From assembly GCA_965240325.2 (NCBI GenBank), contig OZ251232.1:1302001-1366000 (forward strand): a stretch of 64,000 bases of DNA, in the 5' to 3' direction. Position numbers and translations under genes: made by a program. Source of the stretch: Rebecca billardiae RCC1528 (taxonomy: Eukaryota; Protista; Haptophyta). The notes beneath the pieces are model-generated. The model was not told where the DNA came from and made no database searches. It saw nothing but the letters and a program-made list of their open reading frames with translations. Shown one piece after another: positions 57,634-64,000 of this stretch. Position 1 is the stretch's first letter. The number at the start of each line of letters is the position of its first letter.

Positions 57634-58151
57634 CAGGCAATCGCGGGCAATAAGAAGTCAGAGATCTCACGCAGCTAGCCTCGGTTTGACTTAGCCGTTC
57701 GGTAGCCCGAGCGCCTACGGAGTCTCAGTTTCTTAGCTAGGTCCGCCCGCCGCGCAGGCGCGGGGGGCGCAGGGGGGCAGAGCCCCCCGCTGAGTCTTTA
57801 GGCCCGGCCGGCGAGGCCGACGAAAATTTTGGGCCTTTTTGGAGCAAATCTGGCATGATGTTGCATGGATGCTGCGGTGCACTGGCCAGGAGTCAGTCAT
57901 CAGGAGAAGTCGGGACTTGGCCTGTACTCGTAGTCGGGCCGCGCGCCGCGTCCCCGACGGGCCGACTGCGCCTCGCCGCCCTCGCCCCTCGGCGGACCAC
58001 TCGTCAGCCGGGACGACGTAGTCCCGGTTTCTTAGTGTGACTATGCGTATAGCGAACCAGCCAATCGCTAGCCTCAGTTTCTAGGCCAGATCCGCAGATA
58101 GCAAGCCCCAGTTTCTTAACGTGACAGCTCCTTATTGCCCGCGATTGCCTG
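57634..58151 (+). mobile_element. MITE copy 1 (518 bp), Tc1/mariner-type ends
   Basis: 21-bp TIR CAGGCAATCGCGGGCAATAAG at both ends, TA on both sides, no coding capacity. Confidence 0.9.
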
Positions 58152-58215
58152 TACTACAGGTCACATCATAGTGATTCTAAAGTCAGTAGACGTAGACTCA
58201 CGTAGAGTAAGAGTA

Positions 58216-58729
58216 CAGGCAATCGCGGGCAATAAGGAGCTGTCACGTTAAGAAACTGGGGCTTGCTATCTGCGGATCTGGCCTAGAAACTGAGGCTAGC
58301 GATTGGCTGGTTCGCTATACGCATAGTCACACTAAGAAACCGGGACTACGTCGTCCCGGCTGACGAGTGGTCCGCCGAGGGGCGAGGGCGGCGAGGCGCA
58401 GTCGGCCCGTCGGGGACGCGGCGCGCGGCCCGACTACGAGTACAGGCCAAGTCCCGACTTCTCCTGATGACTGACTCCTGGCCAGTGCACCGCAGCATCC
58501 ATGCAACATCATGCCAGATTTGCTCCAAAAAGGCCCAAAATTTTCGTCGGCCTCGCCGGCCGGGCCTAAAGACTCAGCGGGGGGCTCTGCCCCCCTGCGC
58601 CCCCCGCGCCTGCGCGGCGGGCGGACCTAGCTAAGAAGCTGAGACTCCGTAGGCGCTCGGGCTACCGAACGGCTAAGAAACCGAGGCTAGCCGTGAGATC
58701 TCTGACTTCTTATTGCCCGCGATTGCCTG
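58216..58729 (-). mobile_element. MITE copy 2 (514 bp), inverted relative to copy 1
   Basis: Same TIRs and TA flanks; differs from copy 1 by two 2-nt indels and one substitution. Confidence 0.9.
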
Positions 58730-59183
58730 TAGTCGTCGGATACTTTGTCAGACAGTTATATTATTGCTACGCCATACAGTACGCGGCCGATACTCATACC
58801 GGGCCGGCCTGTCACTGTCATCGGAGGCGGACCCCAACTCACCCCATACGCGACGCCTGACCGGAGTGACGGTTCACGGTAACGATATATATATATATAT
58901 AAATATATATAACGAACGAACTACGGGTCCGAACTAGACCTGGCACGGTTACGGATGAGAATTTACTTCGTCACAGTGAGCAGAGCTTTGGGAATCGGAA
59001 TTCGGGTCAGTCAGAGTCTCGCCACGCCGCCGCCGGCCGCGCCCACGGCGCCGGCCACCTCCGAAGACCGAATCCTCAGTGTGAGTCTGTGACCGAGTAC
59101 GCGGGCGGCAGCAGTCCGGTGCAACGCGAAGGATGCGCATGCCGCCGATTACCCCGCGGCGACGCAGGAAGAGTTGCCACGAC

Positions 59184-60420
59184 TCACGTCGCCCGGAAGT
59201 GCTCGTCGTCGATCGTCGCGAAGATGTGGCCCGAGTTGACGAGGCTGGCAATCCCCGCTTGCACGGCGTCGGCGCTCGGGGCACTCGTGTCCGGCCAGTG
59301 CGCGACAATCTGCGACTTGGACGTCCCGGCGACACCGTCGCCCTCGTCCTGAAAGCGGTTCACCACCTGGAGAACCTGTCCGTGCGGCGTGGCGGCAGAC
59401 AAGGCAGGGGCGCTCGGCCAATCAGCCAGGTTGGCGGTCAGCCGCGCAAGGTGCCGCCCAGTCTCAGCGCACATACATCACTGTGAGCGTGCGAGGGCAG
59501 CGGGCGCGGCGCGGGGCGAGGCGGGTGGTGGTGCAGCGGATCACCTTGCTCGCTGCCGCCACGACGACCGCGCCGCTCACGGGTGGCGCTCCGACCTCGG
59601 CTGCCTTGCGCTTCTCCCCCACGACGGGAGCGGCTGCAGGCGGCGGCGGCTGCGGCGGCTGCGGCTGCGGCTGCGGCTGCGGGACAGCGCCGGCCGGCGC
59701 AGCCCGCTGATCGGCCGCCGCGCTGCCGGCGGCGGCGGGTGGGCCGAGGACGGCGCCGCCCGCCGAGGGGGCAGACGCCGCGGCGGCCTCCGCCTTCGGC
59801 GCCTCGATGGTGACCACGCGTGTCTCCACGCCGGCGACGATCTCATACGGGCTCGACGTCGTGTTGTACTGGCGGTTCGCCTCCTTGATCCGGCCGTTCT
59901 CGACGTGCAGCAGCGCGCCCGCGAGGACGAGCGGCTCGAGGCGGGTGGCGTCGTCGTTGAACGCGACGACCTTCACCTGCGAGCCCTGCGCATCGTCCGA
60001 GAGCACGAAGGAGAAGACCTTGCCCGGGCCGCGCGCGCTGTTGAAGTCGCGCAGCTCCGCCTTCTGTGCGACGCGGGCGCGGACGGCCCAGCGGTTGATA
60101 TACGGATTGAGCGCCGAGATCTTCACGGGCTGGACGAGTGGGGCTGGGGCCGCGGCGCCCTTCGCGCCGCCGCCGAGGCCACGCGAGCCGAGCACGCGCT
60201 CCTGCGAGGCGCGGTCCAGCGAGCCCCAGCCAAAGTAGCTGCTCGGGTGGCCGCGCGTGTAGCAGCGCGCGTGGTGGTACTTGTCCACCATCTGCGTTCT
60301 GCTGCCGTGCCAGCCGCCACTCGCGTTGCGCACGGAGACCCTCACGTCGCCGCGGCTGATGGCCCCGCAGCACGTCTGGCACCGCGCGCGCCCGTTCGGC
60401 GAGACCTCGATCCCGGGCAT
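59184..60420 (-). CDS. PARP-type zinc finger + RPA1-like OB fold + RPA2-like C-terminal winged helix, ~355 aa
   Basis: Exons 60420-59545 and 59375-59184 (phase-0 GT-AG intron). EVSPNGRARCQTC..YHHARC; ISALNPYINRWAVRARV..GKVFSFVLSD..IKEANRQYN..YEI; IASLVNSGHIFATIDDEHFRAT. Confidence 0.85.
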
Positions 60421-60806
60421 GTTTGAAGCGGGCTCGTCCTGCCGCGGTGGTTCCTGAGCGACCAACCGCCGAGTCGGGACTCCGGTCGAGCTCGGGGAAA
60501 CCGGAACCTATCATACCAGTAATACGTGCTACTACGCCACTTACTCATACCTATCGCAATTCATCACCCGCATCAATTGCCGATTAATACGGTGCGGGTG
60601 CGGCGCGTGGGAAAATGGTCCGGTTGAGCAGTCCGGCTCGCTAAACTCGGCGGGTGATCAAAGTCGCGAGCTCGCCGCTCGCCCGGCCGCTGTGCCGCGC
60701 GAAAGGCGGTCAGGTAGCCGCAGCACGCGGCTTTGCCAGCGACCAGTGCGCGCGCCAGGCGCCGAACTCGGGAGCGCCTGCTAGAGCGCCGGCGGAGAGA
60801 GGGAGG

Positions 60807-63800
60807 ATGCGCTCTTCGAGCGCGGCCGCGCTTCGCGCAGCCGTGGCGGGCGCGCTGGTCGCGCTCGCCTCGGGCTTCACCGAGGTGGGGCACCCGGAGG
60901 AGTGCACGTGCCCCATGTTCAAGCCGCCCGCGTACACGGTCGACCCGGGATGGGCGACGCACACGTGCGTGCGCTCGGCCAAGTATGGCACGGCGATGTG
61001 CGCGCCGGTGGAGGGGGACCCCATGAACGGGCTGTACGCGGCGGACGCCGTGGCCCACCGCCAGGCCATCATGGCCGAGCCGCAGTTCGCGAGCCAGTTT
61101 GCCGCGGGCGCGACGCACCCGTCGGCGCTCGGCATCCCTCTGCAGGCGGCGCCGTGCGACCGCACGTCGCCGCCGCCGCACCCGGACCCGCCGCCGCCGC
61201 CGAGCCCGCCACCGCCGCTCCCGCCGGCCCCGCCGCCGCCCAGCCCGAGCCCGCTCCCGCCGCCGCCCTCGCCGCCGCCGCCCACGCCGTCGCGCCGCGG
61301 CGGCGCGCGGCGCGAGCTCTCGCCCGCCGAGATTGAGAAGGCTGAGGAGGCGTTCGTGGACGAGTGGCTGTCGGACGAGGCGGTCGAGCGCGCGCGCGCG
61401 TTCGCGCCGATGGACGGCGTCGCGCCCGCCCACCACGCCGACGCGGCGCACGCCGCCGCCGACGCCGCCGCGTACTTTGGCCGCATCGGCCGCGAGGCGG
61501 TCGCGGGCGCGCGCGCGGGCGCGCGCGAGGCGGACGCGTGGGAGTCTGACCTCGAGAAGGCGGCGTTCGAGGCGATCGAGAAGTACGGCGGCGGCGAGTC
61601 GGGCGACGCGTCGATCAACATCACGCGCGCGCTCCGCCTCCCCGACGGCACCGAGCCCAACGACCGCGTCCCCGACCCTTACTTCGAGGTGTCCATCCGT
61701 CACACGACCGGCGTGGACACGCTCTGCTTCCTTCACAACTATGTCGACAACGCGCACGTGGCCAAGGTGCACGTGAACGAGGAGTACCCGATCTTCCACC
61801 CGGACCTCGAGTACTTCTGCGACAAGACGTTCGCGCCGGGCGACACGATCGTCTTCAAGGTCTTCGACCACGACTTCACCAAGGACAAGAGCGACGACGA
61901 CCTGCTGATCGAGCTGTCCAACTGCCCTGCGATGGAGGGCAAGCACGAGCGCACGGGGCTGATCACGTGCTCGGCGCCGCGGCCGCACGGGAAGAACGGC
62001 GAGCAGACGGTGATCCAGTACAAGGTGGGCCACCACCCGCACCTCAAGTCGCCCTCGCCGCCGCCGCCCGCGCCCTCGCCGCCGCCGCCCTCGCCCTCGC
62101 CGCCGCCGCCGCCGGGCGGCAAGCAGTACGAGGGACCCGAGCTGTGCATCGGCAGCTACAAGCCGGACGAGCCGCCGCGCTTCGACGCGGCGCAGGTCGG
62201 CGTGGGGTTCAACTTCACGTGCGCGCTCACGACCAAGGAGGCGCGCGTCAAGTGCTTCGGCGCCAACCCCTTCGGCCAGCTCGGCGGCGGCCACGCCGAC
62301 GAGTGGGCGGCGATCGGCGACCACTTTGTCGACCTCGGGACGGTGCACGTGGGCGAGCACTTCCACATGGGCGACGCGGCGCACCCGAACCACATCGCGC
62401 CGGGCTTCCACATCCCGCTCAAGGTGCAGATGGTCACGGCGGGCCACTCGCACGCGTGCGCCCTCACCTGCGGCGGCCTCGTCAAGTGCTGGTGCGCGCC
62501 TCGCGCGCGCGCGCGCGCCGCGCGCCGCGCGCGCAGCTTGGCCGCGCCGCGCCGCGCCGCGCCGCGCCGCGCCGCGCGCGCGCCGCGCGCTCACCCGCCC
62601 GCCCGCCCGCCGTGCCCTCGCCGACCGCGCGGCGCGGCCACCGCGCGTGCGCAGGGGCTCGAACGCGCTCGGCCAGCTCGGGTACGGCGACACGATCAAC
62701 CGCGGCTTCTTCCCCTCGGACATGGGCAACAACCTGCCGTACATCCAGCTGGGCCACGAGAAGGGGCGCCACCCGCCAATGGGCGAGCACCACCGGCACG
62801 CGGCGATCAAGCAGATCGTGGCGGGCGGCGGCTCGTGCTCGCCGCACGAGTTCCCGATCGAGCCGCAGGGCCGCACGTGCGCCGTCGACACGGCCAACGA
62901 GCTGCGCTGCTGGGGCGACAACACGTGCGGCTACCTGCCGCACTCGAAGGACTCGGGCCACTGCATGCAGCACGGCCGCGCGCACGACGCGATCGCCGCG
63001 GGCGGGCACCACCCGTGCGCGGCGATCGGCGACGAGAGCTTCGAGATGGGCAACCACCTGCCGGTAATCAGCCTGCACCACGACACCAAGTTCACCTACG
63101 CCGTCTCCGTCGGCGTCACCTTTGCGTGCGCCATCTCGGCGCCCGACGAGTCTCCGGACGCGCAGTGGTCGCCGCAGGAGAACGCCGAGAAGGGCGGCGG
63201 CAAGCTCAAGTGCTGGGGCGACAACTCGTTCGGCCAGCTGGGGCAGGGGAACCACGAGTCGGTGAAGTACCGCCTCGACGCGCCGCCGGGCGACCCCGAC
63301 TTCGTGCCGTGGGTCGACCTCCCCGGCCCCGCGCTGCAGGTCTCTGCCGGGTTTGCGCACGCGTGCGCCGCGGTGCAGCCGCGCGGCTCGGGCGAGGTCA
63401 AGCTCTACTGCTGGGGCGAGAACGGCGCGGGGCAGCTGTACCTCGCGCCCGACCCGACGTCCGACCTCACGTTCGTCGGCGACGACCCCGACGAGATGGG
63501 CGCGGGCATGAAGGCCGTGCCCGTCGCCGTGCGCACGCTGCGCGAGCCGGAGGACTCGGCGATGGGCCGCGAGGCGTCGTACGACGCGCCGTTCATCATC
63601 GCGGGCAAGAAGAACCCGTCCTACTGCCCGGACCTGGGCTCGGCGACGTGCGTGATGGGGCCGGACGACGTGGTCGACGCGAAGTGCGTGGGCGCGCACC
63701 ACGCGATGGACACGCTGCAGATCCCCTCCGTGATGGGCAGCGCCGTCCACCTGCGCAAGATCAGCGGCGAGGGCGGTGAGACCAAGTGCGTCTCTGCCGA

Positions 63801-64000
63801 GCGCGGCACCGCCAACCGGCGCGCGGTCGTCTCGCGCGCGTGCGACGTGGACGACCTGCGGCAGAAGTGGACGTTCGACTACGACGAGGGCGTGTACGTC
63901 TCGCTCTTCCACACCGACGAGCGCCTCTGCCTCTCCACGCAGCGCGACGGCGGCACCGGCGCCGACGAGCTCGTGCTCGAGCCGTGCGAGGCGGCGGCGC
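60807..64000 (+). CDS. Secreted multidomain protein: Cys-rich, poly-Pro, C2-like, RCC1-like repeats, ricin-B-like lectin; runs off the window end
   Basis: Signal peptide; PDPYFEVSI..FKVFDHD (C2); VKCFGANPFGQLG, VKCW|GSNALGQLG, LKCWGDNSFGQLG (RCC1-like); intron 62492-62654; KCVSAE..ACDVDDLRQKWTF..LCLST (ricin QxW). Confidence 0.85.

Noticed and set aside
57839-58528. Mirror-image 60-61 aa ORFs
   Set aside because: By-product of the two inverted MITE copies; not coding.

Overview
This is gene-dense, very GC-rich eukaryotic nuclear DNA with GT-AG spliceosomal introns (donors mostly GTGCGC/GTACGC, acceptors mostly CGCAG/CACAG). Plastid proteins with bipartite presequences point to an alga with a complex plastid; a haptophyte, possibly Pavlovales, is an inference. 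I can support about 24 protein-coding genes, most in tight head-to-head pairs: mitochondrial HSP60, two secretory methyltransferase-like genes, a FYVE protein, a GT23 fucosyltransferase-like gene, a sulfotransferase-like gene, lipin, ISCA2, a macro-domain protein, a RING-CH ligase, fibrillin, MFSD5-like, MAP10-like, aldo-keto reductase, F-box/SPRY, MSS51-like, C12orf57-like and a secreted C2/RCC1/ricin protein. The main finding is a 13-exon SAM + LRR gene (38628-44769) built from ten 84-nt, one-repeat-per-exon, same-phase cassettes in near-identical introns. The cassette cores are invariant at nucleotide level, while the ligand-facing LRR codons next to the splice sites are hypervariable, which suggests a diversifying immune-receptor-like system. 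It lies directly beside a 3.6-kb segment bounded by ~728-bp inverted repeats. Other finds: a SNORD46/snR63-like C/D snoRNA in an HSP60 intron, a spliced zf-PARP + RPA1-OB + RPA2-winged-helix chimera, an 80-aa PDCD4-motif microprotein, an inverted pair of TA-flanked MITEs, and intergenic DNA that appears full of 2-3 nt insertions. All calls come from reading motifs by eye; no searches were run.
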